DNA of 64,000 nt from Actinomycetes bacterium (GTDB lineage Bacteria; Actinomycetota; Acidimicrobiia; Acidimicrobiales; JAKAOS01). The position numbers and the translations under genes are program-made. Location of the stretch: assembly GCA_021791675.1 (NCBI GenBank), contig JAJYWE010000004.1, forward strand, positions 28,054 through 92,053, given 5' to 3'. The notes under the pieces were generated by a model, which was not told the origin of the DNA, ran no database searches, and saw only the letters and a list, made by a program, of their open reading frames with translations. Below, piece by piece: positions 9,653 through 19,693 of the stretch (positions within the stretch are counted from its first letter, which is position 1; the number at the start of each line of letters is the position of its first letter).

Positions 9653-9908
9653 GCCCCCAGGCGCGACCGGTGGTCGCAGCTGGCGGCGGCCCGGCTGTTA
9701 GCCGGGGTCTGGGGTGCGCCCATCGGCAAGTCGGCTGGTCGAGGGCAAGCCACCTTCACGTCCTTCGGGTCAGGGGCGACTGTGGAGAGGCTTCGCCTCT
9801 ATCGGTATCGGCGGCTCGGGCGGCGACTTGACCCAGCGGCGTGGCCCCTCGCGCACCCCACGTCCGGTCGGGCAGGTCCGCCGGCCAGCCGGGGAGCCGG
9901 AGGTCTGC

Positions 9909-10883
9909 TCAGCCGTGCATGGCGGCGTCGAGGTAGGCGAGCATGGCCGCCCCCGCACCGGAGGCTCCGGGCGGGTAGAAGCCGATCTCGAGGTGCGGGC
10001 CGGTGGAGATCCCCACGATCCCGGCGCCGACCTCGCTGATCGCCTCGCCGGCGGCGACATGGGCGCCGACGCCGACCAGGTCGGGCCCGGCGTGGCCGTA
10101 GTAGACGGCCCGCCCGGCGAGAGGCCCGGCGGTGACGGCTAGGACCGGGGTGTTCGGCCCGAAGCCGGCGACGCCCTCGGCGACGATCACCCCCGGGCCG
10201 ATCGCGTACAGGGGGGTACCTGCGGGGGCGGCGTAGTCGACGCCCTGGTCGACGCTGGGGTGCACCAGGTAGCGGGCCGGCAGGGGCAGCGGCGCCGCCA
10301 CAGGTCCGGCCGACGGGGCCGCCTGGGCGTAGCTGGCAGCGAGGGCCATCACCTTGCGGACATACCAGCCGGCATGGTTGTAGCCCCACACCGCCCGGGG
10401 TATGTCCGCGCCTCCCCGGGCGCCGTTGGCGCAGAGGTCCCGCGCCGCGGCGTAGATGGCGTCGGCCGGGTCGTACGGGTTGGGCGGGTTGGCCCCACCG
10501 GGGGGGACAGGCTCGTCATATTGGGCGAAGGTCGAGGGCATGAACTGCATCGGCCCGAGCGCCCCGGCGACCGACGGCCCCTCGTTCCGGCCGTTACCGG
10601 ACTCGACGGTGCCGATCGCGGCGAGCACCGACCACGGCAGCCCGGGGCAGGTGGTGGCGGCTTGTTGGTAGAGGGCGAGGTAGCTGGCGGGGATCGCCGC
10701 GACCGCAGAGGCGCTGGGCGGCGGCGAGGCGCTGGGCGCCGGCGAGGTGCCACCGCCGATCCCGCCCCCACCGGTCAGGGCGCCGAGGGCGGCGGCGGAG
10801 GCGCCGGCGAGCAGCCCGACGACAAGGACCAAGCCGGCCACGGCGGCCGCGGCGAGGGTGGCGACACCAGGCCGTTCGGTCAC
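9909..10883 (-). CDS. VirB1-like cell-wall hydrolase (lytic transglycosylase + M23 peptidase domains)
   Basis: Track ORF 9909..11312 trimmed to GTG at 10883 (GTGA overlap). AIGTVESGNG...GPMQFMPSTF is an SLT motif; C-terminal DYAAPAGTPLYAIGPG...HLEIGF is M23-like. Confidence 0.8.
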   Translation of the reverse strand: MTERPGVATLAAAAVAGLVLVVGLLAGASAAALGALTGGGGIGGGTSPAPSASPPPSASAVAAIPASYLALYQQAATTCPGLPWSVLAAIGTVESGNGRNEGPSVAGALGPMQFMPSTFAQYDEPVPPGGANPPNPYDPADAIYAAARDLCANGARGGADIPRAVWGYNHAGWYVRKVMALAASYAQAAPSAGPVAAPLPLPARYLVHPSVDQGVDYAAPAGTPLYAIGPGVIVAEGVAGFGPNTPVLAVTAGPLAGRAVYYGHAGPDLVGVGAHVAAGEAISEVGAGIVGISTGPHLEIGFYPPGASGAGAAMLAYLDAAMHG

Positions 10884-11776
10884 GGCCGCCCATCGGAGGG
10901 CAGTCCCGGCCCTGGCAAGAACCCAGGCGGCCGGTCGCGGGGAATGGCGAGCTGGGCGAGGCGCAGCCGCGGCCCTCGGCTCTCCGCGGGCAGCCACACC
11001 GGGCCCGCCGGCGATGCGGCGCCGGTGGGGGCGGCGGTGGCGACGGGCACCGGCGGCCGGCCGAGCGCTCGGCGCAGGCTCGTCTCTCGTGCCGGGGTGG
11101 GCGCCCAGATCAGCATCGGGGTGGCGATCCTGGTGGCCGCGGCGAGCTCGGCGTAGCCGGCGAGCTTGGCCTCGACCCGGGTGGTGGTCTCGGTCCCCCG
11201 GTCGTACTCCAAGAAGAAGTCGACCTCGCTGTCGCCTTCGGCCCAGCGGCCGTAGCCGTCGGGGCGGACCACGCCACCCCATTGGGCGGCGCAGCGCCGC
11301 TCCGCCCACCACTCGACCAGCGCCGCGCCGGGGATGCGCCGGGCGGCGCCCGCCAGGGCGGCGAAGAAGCCGTTCACCCCGACGAGATGCGCCAGGAGGG
11401 GGCTGTGCGCCAGGGCGAGGGCCCGCTCGCGGCGGAAGCCGAGCTCGGAGGGTTCGACGCCGCGGGCGGCGGCGACGACCGCGGCGCCCATCTCATCGAG
11501 CACGTAGTGGAACGGTGCCGACCCGGCCGGGCGCTGCGGGCGGAAGCGGTCGAGCACTCGCAGCCGGTGCAGGATCACCAGGCGATGGCGTGCAGCTCCC
11601 TCGGAGTCGAAGCCGAGCTGGGCTATCTGGGCGGTGGTGAGCACCTGGTGGTCGAACAGCAGAGCGGCTATCCGCCGGTCCCTGTCGGTCAACCGTGAGG
11701 AGAGCATCCCGAGCAGATCGGCCGATGCCCGCACCCGAGGCGCAGACCCGGCCAACAGCGAAGCGGAAGAAGTCAC
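10880..11776 (-). CDS. replication-relaxation family protein (putative relaxase-type function)
   Basis: LTDRDRRIAALLFDHQVLTTAQIAQLGF...HRLVILHRLRVLDRFRP...DFFLEYDRGTE matches the actinobacterial replication-relaxation family as I recall it. Confidence 0.7.
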   Translation of the reverse strand: MTSSASLLAGSAPRVRASADLLGMLSSRLTDRDRRIAALLFDHQVLTTAQIAQLGFDSEGAARHRLVILHRLRVLDRFRPQRPAGSAPFHYVLDEMGAAVVAAARGVEPSELGFRRERALALAHSPLLAHLVGVNGFFAALAGAARRIPGAALVEWWAERRCAAQWGGVVRPDGYGRWAEGDSEVDFFLEYDRGTETTTRVEAKLAGYAELAAATRIATPMLIWAPTPARETSLRRALGRPPVPVATAAPTGAASPAGPVWLPAESRGPRLRLAQLAIPRDRPPGFLPGPGLPSDGRP

Positions 11777-14376
11777 CTATCCCCCCTGGAGTCGGGGGAG
11801 GCACCGGTAGGGCCTCCGGCGCCGCCACCGGCGTGTTCACGGCCCCCTGGCCCTACCGCTCTCAGGCGGTAGGGGGACTGGTAAGCCGACTGGGAGGGGG
11901 ACTGGCAGGCCGACCGGCGCCGGGTGTCTTCCCGGTCGGGGCGGCGGCGGGGATCGCCGTGACCCGTGCGCCGACCGACGACCTCGGCGCGCCGTTGCTC
12001 GGCGCTGCGCCCGTAGGCGGCCCGGGCGCCACGGCGGGCCTCCTCGGCCCGGCCGGGGACCGGCGGTGGGGCCGGGCGGGTGCGCAGCGTGAAGGCGGGG
12101 GTCTCCGCGCCGGCGACGACGAGGCGGGCCGCGGCGACATAGGCGCCGAGATGCGCGAGGTCGTGCTCGGACAGCTCGGGGGCGGTGTGGCGGGCGAGGA
12201 CGTGGGCGTCCTCGGGGGAACAGGAGAAGAACACCTTGTTGCGGGCATTCGCCGAGACCGCCTCGCGCAGGTCGCGGGGCAGCTGGGCGAGGTGCTGGTG
12301 GGCGAGGGTGAGGCAGAGGTGGTAGCCGCGGGCCTCGGCGAGCATCTCGTCGTAGGAGCGGGGCAGGGTCAAGAAGTTCTGTGCCTCGTCGATGTAGAGC
12401 GCGGCGTCGACGCGGGTGGCCCGCCCGGAGCGGGCGCGGGCGGTGGCGGCCTGCCACACCTTGGCGACCACGAAGCTGCCGATGAGCCGGGCGGCGTCGT
12501 CGCCGAGGATGCCTTTGGGCACCCGGACCAGGCACACCCCGCCGTCGAGGACGGCGCCCATGTCGAAGCTGGAGGCGGCAACCCCGACGAGGTTTCGGGC
12601 GAAGTCGCGCAGCAGGAACGCCCGGAGCTTGTTCATGACCGGGCCGATCACCTGGGAGCGGCTGGCCTCGCTCATCGCCTCGTACCAGCTCCAGAACCCG
12701 CCGAGGCCGACCGGGTCGGCGATGCCCGCGAGGTAGGGGCGGCGGAACGCCTCGTCGGAGAGCAGCCGGGGCACGTCGGCGAGGGTGGGAGCCGGGCCGC
12801 CCCGGGCGTGGTGGTTGACCAGGGTGAGGCAGGCGGCGCGCAGCACGTCGTCGGTTCTCGGCCCCCAGAACCGCTCGAAGATGGAGCGGAAGATGCCGAC
12901 CAGGTTGTCCACGGCGAGGTCGCGTTCGGGGCCGTCGAGCACGTTGAGCGAGGGTGGGGCTGCGGTCTCGTCGGGGTCGATGAGCACCGGGGTCACGTGC
13001 GTCGGCAGCCGGTCGAGCAGGTCGACCACGAGGTCGCCTTTGGGGTCGATGACCACCACCCCGCGCCGGGCGTCGATGTCGCCGAGGACCAGGTTGGTGA
13101 GAAGCGTCGATTTGCCCGACCCGGTGGCTCCGAGGAGGTGGAGGTGGTAGCGGGCGTCGGCCGGGGCGAGGGCGACCGGGCGGGCTGGTCCGGCCTCGGC
13201 GTCGCCGAGCACCTTCCCCGCGGCTGGGATGGCCGGGGGCGGGGCGACCGAGCGGGCTCCGGCGCGGGCCAGGCCCGGGACGACGACATCGGAGGGCAGG
13301 TGGGCGATAGCGGCGAGCTCGGGCACCGAGTACAGGTCCCCGTGACCCAGCTTGCGCGCCGCGAGCACCCGGGCGGGGTGGCGCAGGCGGTGGCGGGCGA
13401 GGCGGTTGCGGCCGCTGAACAGCGCGAACGCCGAGGCCAAGGCGTGGGCCCGGCCGCGCAGGCGAGGGCGTGCGGACCGGCGCGGGTCGGTGGTGGCGAC
13501 CGCGTAGCGGACCGCCACCTCCCACGACGGCGAGGCGGCCTTTTCGAGGATGGCTCGGATGTCGCCGGTGACGGCCGGGTCGGCGGACCGCGGCGCCGGG
13601 GTGGCCGGGCCGGGGGTGACCAGATCGAGGGCTCGGGCGAGGCGGCTGACCGGCCGCCCGGAGCGCAGCGCCGCGGCGGCGCGGTGCGCCCGGGACAGGC
13701 GCCGTCCGGTGACCGGCCGGGCCAGGACCTGCACAGCTGCGGCCTCCCCTGTTGCGAGGTCGGCGGCCGCGGCGAGCAGCGCTCGCAGCGGGTCGGCGGG
13801 ATGCTCGCTGCGAAGCGGGAACCACTCGGCGTGAGCGAGGCGCAGGCTCCCGCCTGTGGCCTGGGCGCCGAGGGGAATCGGCGGACCCGGCTCGACGACG
13901 GCGGTGCGCGCTGCGGGCCAGGCGGCCTCGAGGGCCCGTTCGACCAGGCCGGGCGGCACCGCCCCGGGCACCCAGATGCCAACCTGCAAGCCGGCGGCCG
14001 ACCAGCACAGCTCGAAGGCCAGGTGCGGCTGTCCGTCGAGCAGGCGCCGCCAGGCAGGGCGGAGGAGGGCGACGAGGTTCGACCAGAACGCCTCCGCGCC
14101 GCCCGCGTCGACCTCAGGCGGGCAGGCCACCACGACCAGGCGGGCGCCGACGGCCTGGAGCCGGGCGTGGCGGTAGGCGAGGGCCAGCCGGGCGGCGACG
14201 GCAACGACTGCCAGGGCGGCGACGACCGGCCCGACGTGGGCGGCGGTGGTGGTGACCCAGTGGGTGAGGTGGGCCAGCACGGCGTGGGTGGTGGCGCCGG
14301 GGCGGAGCAGGAACCGGGCGAGCGGGCCGAGGCCAGGTGGGGGCGGGACGAGCGGCGGGCTGGCGGCAGGAGTCAT
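11773..14376 (-). CDS. VirD4/TraD-like type IV coupling protein
   Basis: N-terminal TM segments; Walker A LLGATGSGKSTLLTNL, Walker B ALYIDEAQNF, and a TraM-recognition-like C-terminus. Confidence 0.85.
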   Translation of the reverse strand: MTPAASPPLVPPPPGLGPLARFLLRPGATTHAVLAHLTHWVTTTAAHVGPVVAALAVVAVAARLALAYRHARLQAVGARLVVVACPPEVDAGGAEAFWSNLVALLRPAWRRLLDGQPHLAFELCWSAAGLQVGIWVPGAVPPGLVERALEAAWPAARTAVVEPGPPIPLGAQATGGSLRLAHAEWFPLRSEHPADPLRALLAAAADLATGEAAAVQVLARPVTGRRLSRAHRAAAALRSGRPVSRLARALDLVTPGPATPAPRSADPAVTGDIRAILEKAASPSWEVAVRYAVATTDPRRSARPRLRGRAHALASAFALFSGRNRLARHRLRHPARVLAARKLGHGDLYSVPELAAIAHLPSDVVVPGLARAGARSVAPPPAIPAAGKVLGDAEAGPARPVALAPADARYHLHLLGATGSGKSTLLTNLVLGDIDARRGVVVIDPKGDLVVDLLDRLPTHVTPVLIDPDETAAPPSLNVLDGPERDLAVDNLVGIFRSIFERFWGPRTDDVLRAACLTLVNHHARGGPAPTLADVPRLLSDEAFRRPYLAGIADPVGLGGFWSWYEAMSEASRSQVIGPVMNKLRAFLLRDFARNLVGVAASSFDMGAVLDGGVCLVRVPKGILGDDAARLIGSFVVAKVWQAATARARSGRATRVDAALYIDEAQNFLTLPRSYDEMLAEARGYHLCLTLAHQHLAQLPRDLREAVSANARNKVFFSCSPEDAHVLARHTAPELSEHDLAHLGAYVAAARLVVAGAETPAFTLRTRPAPPPVPGRAEEARRGARAAYGRSAEQRRAEVVGRRTGHGDPRRRPDREDTRRRSACQSPSQSAYQSPYRLRAVGPGGREHAGGGAGGPTGASPDSRGDR

Positions 14377-14434
14377 CGATCTCCTCCTTGGAGCGAGGTG
14401 GGCGTAGGAATGCGCTGGCCGACTGAACGGCGGC

Positions 14435-16195
14435 TCAGCCGACGGGGTCAGCCAGCTCGGCCGGGTCGCTGGTGACCGCCTGATGCTCGGCGGGGCTGGC
14501 GAGGGCCGCGAAAGTGGTGCGCTCGGCGCCTGAGGCGAGGATCCCGCTTCCGACGGGGGCGGCGAGCAGGAACGCCCGCTCCCCGGCGGAGAGGGCGAAC
14601 GCGTCGCCGACGGCGTCGATGGCCTGGGGGGCTTGGCGGAGCAGGATCTGGGTGGCGGCGTTGGCCACCACCGCCTGGCCGAGGTCGCTGCCGAGCAGAT
14701 CGGCGGCGTCTTGGGTGACCACGGTGAGCCCGCACCAGTGCTTGCGGGCCGATTTGGCCAGGCGGTGCAGGAACGCGGCGCCGGCCGGGTCGGCCATGAT
14801 CAGCCACGCCTCGTCGACGATCACCAGGCGGCGCCTCCGCGCCGCCTGGTTGGTCACGGCACGCCAGATGTTGTCGACGGCGAGCAGGGTGCCAGCGGCT
14901 TTGAGCTCGTCGGGCAGGGCGGCGAGGGAGAACACCATCAGGTGCCCGGCGGCGGCGGTGGTGGTCGGCCCGTCGAAGAGGCCCTTGTGGCTTCCCGTGA
15001 CGAAAGGGGCCAGCCGGGCGGCGAGCGCCCGGGCGGCCGGGTCGTCCTCGTCGTCGGCAAGCGCCCCGGCGACGTGGACGAGGGTCGGGGCGGGGCGGGC
15101 GAAGGTGCGCGGGTCGGAGCTGATCCCGGCGCCGTGGTAAGCGGCGAGCACCCCACGGTCGAGCGCGGCGCGCGCCGCGGGGTCGAGCGCCTCGCCGAGC
15201 AATACCGGGATGAGGGTGTGGGCGAACAGCGCCCGGCGCACCAGCGCCTCGGCGCCATCCGCGGGGTCGAGGTCGAAGGGGTTGACCCGGACCCCCGCCG
15301 CTCCCAACCGAAGGTGGGTGCCGCCGACCGTGTGGGCGAGGCGGGCGTACTCGTCCTCGGGGTCGATCACCGCCACCTCGATGCCTGCATACAGGCTGCG
15401 CAGCGCTTCGAGCTTGGCGAGGTAGGACTTGCCCGCCCCCGAGCGGGCCAGGATCACCGAGTTGTAGTTCGGTTGGGCGAAGCGGTCCCAGCACACCAGA
15501 GCGCCGCCCCGCCCGGCTCGCCCGTAGAGCACGCCGGTCCCGGTGCCGGCACCGGGTAGGTCGGCGGTGGCGAAGGGGAACGCCGCGGCGAGCGCTGCGG
15601 TGTCGAGGCTGCGAGCCAGCCCGAGGTTGTCGAGCCCGACGGGCAGGGTGGAAACCCAGCCCTGCAGCTGACGCCAGGTGACGGGCTGGGCGTCGAGAAG
15701 CAGCGAGGCGCACAGGGCCCGCACCCGGGAAACCTCGGCGCCGAGCGCTGCTTCGCTCCCGGCGTGCACGGCCAGGTAGAGCCCGACGCGGAACAGCCGG
15801 CCCTCCCCCCGGGCCAGGCGGGCGGCGAGATCCGCGGCGTCTTCGGCGGCGACGTCGACGTCGGGGTCGGCGAGGCGCTCCTTGCTGGCGGTCATCCGCC
15901 GGGCCGACTCCAGCCGAGCCCGCTGGCGGCGCAGCCGATCGGCGGCCACCACAGCGGGGACGGGGTCGATGTGCAGTGCCACGTCGAGACGCCCGGGGTG
16001 GGTGAGCAGCGGGTCGAGCCAGCCGGCGGCGACCTCGCGGGGGTAGCCGGTGACCGCCAGCGTGGCCGCGTAGCCGTCGCCGAGTCGCAGCCGGCGGGCC
16101 CCGACCTCCACCGCGTCGGGGCCGACCAGGCCGCCCGGCGACGCGTCGGCGCTGACCCCGGCTTTGCGCAACAGACGGACGACGGCTTTGGTCAT
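14435..16195 (-). CDS. VirB4-like conjugation ATPase (C-terminal ATPase part)
   Basis: Track ORF 14435..16783 trimmed to ATG at 16195 (ATGA overlap). Walker A ILARSGAGKSYLAK, Walker B RLVIVDEAW. Confidence 0.85.
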   Translation of the reverse strand: MTKAVVRLLRKAGVSADASPGGLVGPDAVEVGARRLRLGDGYAATLAVTGYPREVAAGWLDPLLTHPGRLDVALHIDPVPAVVAADRLRRQRARLESARRMTASKERLADPDVDVAAEDAADLAARLARGEGRLFRVGLYLAVHAGSEAALGAEVSRVRALCASLLLDAQPVTWRQLQGWVSTLPVGLDNLGLARSLDTAALAAAFPFATADLPGAGTGTGVLYGRAGRGGALVCWDRFAQPNYNSVILARSGAGKSYLAKLEALRSLYAGIEVAVIDPEDEYARLAHTVGGTHLRLGAAGVRVNPFDLDPADGAEALVRRALFAHTLIPVLLGEALDPAARAALDRGVLAAYHGAGISSDPRTFARPAPTLVHVAGALADDEDDPAARALAARLAPFVTGSHKGLFDGPTTTAAAGHLMVFSLAALPDELKAAGTLLAVDNIWRAVTNQAARRRRLVIVDEAWLIMADPAGAAFLHRLAKSARKHWCGLTVVTQDAADLLGSDLGQAVVANAATQILLRQAPQAIDAVGDAFALSAGERAFLLAAPVGSGILASGAERTTFAALASPAEHQAVTSDPAELADPVG

Positions 16196-17115
16196 GCCAT
16201 CCTCCCGGTGATGGTCTGGCCCGGCGCGCACAGCCCGGACGGTCGGGTCTCGCCGTTGGGGTCGGCGGCGCGTGCCAGCACGTCCGCCGCCTCGGCGGGG
16301 TCGAGGACGGTGACGGTCACCCCCGCACCGGTGAGTGCGACGGCGCCCTCGGCTGCTCGGCGGGCGAGGCGTTCGGCGGCGCCGGCCGGGACCGGGTCGC
16401 GGAAGACCACCAGCACCTGACGGGACAGGGCCCCCTCGGCGGCGAGGCCGGCGAGGAAGCTGGCGTGCTCGCGCGCCGCGGTCTCCAGCGCCGGGTGAGG
16501 CAGCCCGCCGGCAGCGTCCTCCAAGGCGGCGACGTCGGCGGTGAGGTCGACCGGCTCGGCGCGCACCACGATCTGGGTGGGACCGCTCAGGCTGTTGAGC
16601 CACCGGGCGAACGCCCCGACCAGGGCGATCTGCTCGGCGGGGGTGCGCAGCGCGAAGGTGACCGCCGAGGCCCGGCAGACCAGCGCCGCGCCGTCTTCGC
16701 CGAGGTCGACCAGTCCGCGAGCATCCACCGCAGGCAAACCGAGCGGCGCCGGCACCGGGACCGGGGTGCGCGCTCGGGCCCACGCTGGCGGCGGCGGGAC
16801 CGGCCCCGCCGCGGGTACCAGCCGGTGCGGGGTGGCGGCGTGGCGCAGGGCGGTGAGCACCCAGCGGTCGGCGGGTAGACCGTCTCGGCGGCCCAGGGCC
16901 AGCGCCCCGGCGGCCAGGGCCCCCGGCACCGCCAGGGCGGCGAAGATCGCCGGCGGCAGCACCCGCCGGGTGGCGACATAGCCCGCCCAGATCGCCAGCG
17001 CGGCGACGGCCAAGATGGCGAGCTGGTGGGCGGTCAGCCCGGCCAGGACGGTGTCGGGCCGGTCGACGTCCGCGGGTATCCGAACTCGGGTCTCGGAGCT
17101 CGGGTCGGTGCTCAC
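16192..17115 (-). CDS. PrgI/VirB3-like membrane protein fused to a VirB4 N-terminal-like domain
   Basis: Trimmed to GTG at 17115 (GTGA overlap). RIPADVDRPDTVLAGLTAHQLAILAVAAL plus two TM segments, then a segment like the VirB4 N-terminus: FALRTPAEQIALVGAFARWLNSL. Confidence 0.6.
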   Translation of the reverse strand: MSTDPSSETRVRIPADVDRPDTVLAGLTAHQLAILAVAALAIWAGYVATRRVLPPAIFAALAVPGALAAGALALGRRDGLPADRWVLTALRHAATPHRLVPAAGPVPPPPAWARARTPVPVPAPLGLPAVDARGLVDLGEDGAALVCRASAVTFALRTPAEQIALVGAFARWLNSLSGPTQIVVRAEPVDLTADVAALEDAAGGLPHPALETAAREHASFLAGLAAEGALSRQVLVVFRDPVPAGAAERLARRAAEGAVALTGAGVTVTVLDPAEAADVLARAADPNGETRPSGLCAPGQTITGRMA

Positions 17116-18296
17116 AGTGCGACCATCCCGGCGCGGACCGCCTTGTAGACCACGGCGGTCTTGACCGTGTGGGCGAGCGAGGACCCTCGGTGCCCGGTGC
17201 CGGCGAAGGCGAGGCGCATCCCCCAGGCGGCGATGCGCACCAGCACCCACAGCAGCGTGGCGGCCAGGACCACGTCGACCAGCCCCCCGGTGGTCGACAG
17301 GCCGAGGGCGGCGTGCCCGCCGGTGGCGAGGAACACCCGCAGCGTAGAGACGAGCACCAGGGACTGGGCGACCTGCACCCCCAAGGCCGCGGCCAGGCCC
17401 CTCCACCACAGCCGGGCCAGGCCCTCGGTCTGGGGCAGGGCGTGGCAGGCGAGCAGGATCGGTGCGGCGACCACCAGCAGGATCACCAGCGCCACCCGGA
17501 TGACGTAGACCGCCAGGAGGACCACGGCGAGGATCGCGGTGACCAGGCCGAGCAGCACCAGGAACATCCCCCCGTTGCCGAGCGGGCTGAGCACCAGCTT
17601 GGACAGCACCCCCGCCGCGTCGGTCGGGTTGACCCCACCACCGACGAACGCGCCAGAGAACGCGTCGGCGAGGTGGATCGCCACCCCGGCGACCGCCAGG
17701 CTGGCATTGACGGCGATCACCCCGACCACCAGACGGGGGACGATCTCCTTGAACCCATACCGGGTCTGGAGGGTCTCGTGGCTCATCACCACTGCCCCGC
17801 CCACCAAAGCCAGGAGCACGAAGAACCCATCCGCGATCCCGAGGGTCACCCGCCACAGCTGAGCCACCCGGCCGATCCCGGTCACCGCCGGGGTGGCCAG
17901 CACCGTGCGGCCGAGCAGCGAGAGCACCGGGTTGAGCGCCGAGGTGACCAGGCCGCGGAACCAGCCGTCGATCGCGGCGGTGATGTGGCAGGAGACGCCG
18001 AAGAACCCGCACCCGCCGCTGCCGCCGCTGGCGGTGGTACCGGTCGAGGAGACCGGAGCAGTCGGGGTAGTGACCGGGCCGAGCGACGGGCCGAGAAGGA
18101 TCCCAGGGGGGGCGGTGCTGGGCGGCGCGGTGGTCGCGCCCGCAGCCGGTGCGGGCACGCCCGCCGCCGGATGGGGCGACGGCGTGGTGGCGGCGGCTGG
18201 TGCGGCGAACAGCGCGCTCAAGGCGAGGCCGGCGGCCACGACGAGCACGGCGACCCCGGCGCGGGCCGGGAGGTGATGATGGCGGGGCGGGGTCAT
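17112..18296 (-). CDS. VirB6/TrbL-like polytopic membrane protein
   Basis: Trimmed to ATG at 18296. Signal-like N-terminus followed by at least 6 hydrophobic helices, positioned between the VirB2-like and VirB3/4-like genes. Confidence 0.65.
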   Translation of the reverse strand: MTPPRHHHLPARAGVAVLVVAAGLALSALFAAPAAATTPSPHPAAGVPAPAAGATTAPPSTAPPGILLGPSLGPVTTPTAPVSSTGTTASGGSGGCGFFGVSCHITAAIDGWFRGLVTSALNPVLSLLGRTVLATPAVTGIGRVAQLWRVTLGIADGFFVLLALVGGAVVMSHETLQTRYGFKEIVPRLVVGVIAVNASLAVAGVAIHLADAFSGAFVGGGVNPTDAAGVLSKLVLSPLGNGGMFLVLLGLVTAILAVVLLAVYVIRVALVILLVVAAPILLACHALPQTEGLARLWWRGLAAALGVQVAQSLVLVSTLRVFLATGGHAALGLSTTGGLVDVVLAATLLWVLVRIAAWGMRLAFAGTGHRGSSLAHTVKTAVVYKAVRAGMVAL

Positions 18297-18706
18297 CAGC
18301 CGACCACCGAGGTGAGGATCGACACCAGCAGCGGCGCCAGCGCGGCAAGGGCGTAGCCGATCGCCGCGGACTTCAGCGCCGTCTTGGCCCGCTCCACCTG
18401 CACCGGGTCGCCGCCGGCAGTGAGGTAGCGCAGCCCGCCGATGGTCAAGAACAGCGTGGCGACCGCGGCGAGCAGGCCGACCAGCCAGTTTCGCAGCGCG
18501 TCGATCACCCCGGTCAGGCTCGGTGGACCGGCGACAGCGAGGAAGCCGTGGCCGGTGGCCGCCGCGGCCGGGGCGGCCAAGACCAAGACCGCCAAGCCGG
18601 CCGCGCCCACGCTGGCGGCCAGCACGCTGAGGGCCCGTCGTATCAGCTTCTTTCGGGTCGGTGTCTTTCGAGTCGGTGTGTTTCGGGTCTCGGCTGGTGG
18701 GGTCAT
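18296..18706 (-). CDS. VirB2/TrbC-like conjugative pilin
   Basis: Trimmed to ATG at 18706. 136 aa: basic N-terminus, signal peptide AAPAAAATG, two hydrophobic helices (LVGLLAAVATLFLTIGG, AIGYALAALAPLLVSIL). Confidence 0.6.
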   Translation of the reverse strand: MTPPAETRNTPTRKTPTRKKLIRRALSVLAASVGAAGLAVLVLAAPAAAATGHGFLAVAGPPSLTGVIDALRNWLVGLLAAVATLFLTIGGLRYLTAGGDPVQVERAKTALKSAAIGYALAALAPLLVSILTSVVG

Positions 18707-19644
18707 GGGTTGCACCTCTGCTCGGCGGAAGGGACGGCAGGCCCGGTGCCGGGGACGGGGGCCGGCCGGCGACGGGCGACACCTCCTCGGGTGGCTCGCT
18801 TCGATAGGTGCGTCGGCGCAAACGACGACCCGCCGGCCGGGTCCCCGTCCCCGGTGGACCCGCACTCCTCCAATCCGCGTTTTGGCGCCAAACGCGACAC
18901 CTCCATTTCGAGATTTCTTTGCGCCAGCCAGGAGCGGACCCGGGTCTCGGCTCGCTGGCGCCGCCGGCGCAGGGTGTGGGCGTCGGTCCCGAGCTGAGCG
19001 GCGAGGGCGGGCAGGTAGATCCCGCCGAGGCGGGTGGCGCTGATCAGCTCGGCGTGGAACGCGCCGATAACCCCGGCGGCCACCGCCTCGGCGAGGACCA
19101 GGTCCGGGTGCCCCCACGGGCGGGGCGGGGCGGCGGAGAACACCGAGTGGCCCCGGCGGGCGGCGGCGGCCGCCTCGCGCCTGCAGGCGGCGCGCCCGCC
19201 GCGGTAGGCGGCCCAGCACAACCGACCTGGCAGGTGCCCGGCGGCGGTGTCGAGGTGGGCGAGGGCGTCGAGGAAGCCGGTGAGGATCTCGGCGTCGGCC
19301 TCTACGGTGTCGACGCCCGGGTAGTCGGCGACCAGCCGGGCGGCCACCCGTCGAAGCCCGGGCAGCGCCACCCCCGCCGCGCCGACCGTCCACGACGGCC
19401 CGGCGGAGCGGGACCGGCCGACCAGCTCGCCCCAGGCGGCCTCCCGGGCCGGGTAGCCGGTGGAGGGGTGCAGCAGGATCGACTTCAGCTCCCCGAGGGG
19501 GATCGTCCGGCGGGGCAGGCCGTGACCCAGAGCGGCCCCGTCGAGGAACAGGGGATCGGGGCCGTCGACCAGCATGGCGAACGCGGCGTCGAGGACCTCC
19601 AGCGGGCCGGGCTGCTCTGGCTCGCGGTGACGGTTGTGTGACAT
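18703..19644 (-). CDS. putative regulator with sigma-70 region-4-like HTH
   Basis: ATG at 19644. LPALAAQLGTDAHTLRRRRQRAETRVRSWL is HTH-like. The last 80 or so codons are low-quality and contain a 35-bp regulatory element. Confidence 0.5.
   Translation of the reverse strand: MSHNRHREPEQPGPLEVLDAAFAMLVDGPDPLFLDGAALGHGLPRRTIPLGELKSILLHPSTGYPAREAAWGELVGRSRSAGPSWTVGAAGVALPGLRRVAARLVADYPGVDTVEADAEILTGFLDALAHLDTAAGHLPGRLCWAAYRGGRAACRREAAAAARRGHSVFSAAPPRPWGHPDLVLAEAVAAGVIGAFHAELISATRLGGIYLPALAAQLGTDAHTLRRRRQRAETRVRSWLAQRNLEMEVSRLAPKRGLEECGSTGDGDPAGGSSFAPTHLSKRATRGGVARRRPAPVPGTGPAVPSAEQRCNP
18867..18901 (-). promoter_or_regulatory. 35-bp palindrome-containing element, copy 1 (upstream of the VirB2-like operon)
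   Basis: The reverse complement GGTGTCGCGTTTGGCGCCAAAACGCGGATTGGAGG matches 21267-21301 at 32/35. Core palindrome CGCGTTT-N6-AAACGCG. Confidence 0.6.
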
Positions 19645-19693
19645 GGGCAGCTCCTCATCTGCGTTGGGGAGCCGCCATCGCGCCAGACGCCGC

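Noticed and set aside
11695-14475. 926-aa plus-strand ORF and 723-aa/403-aa alternative minus-frame ORFs over the coupling-protein gene
   Set aside because: They have no motifs and extreme G/R/P composition. The 11773-14376 frame carries the Walker motifs and TM segments.
14435-19393. Long N-terminal extensions of track ORFs 14435-16783, 16192-18348, 17112-18821 and 18296-19393
   Set aside because: The extensions are Arg/Pro-rich and overlap the preceding genes. Each gene has an internal ATG/GTG forming a 1-4-nt overlap with the upstream stop, so it was trimmed to that start.
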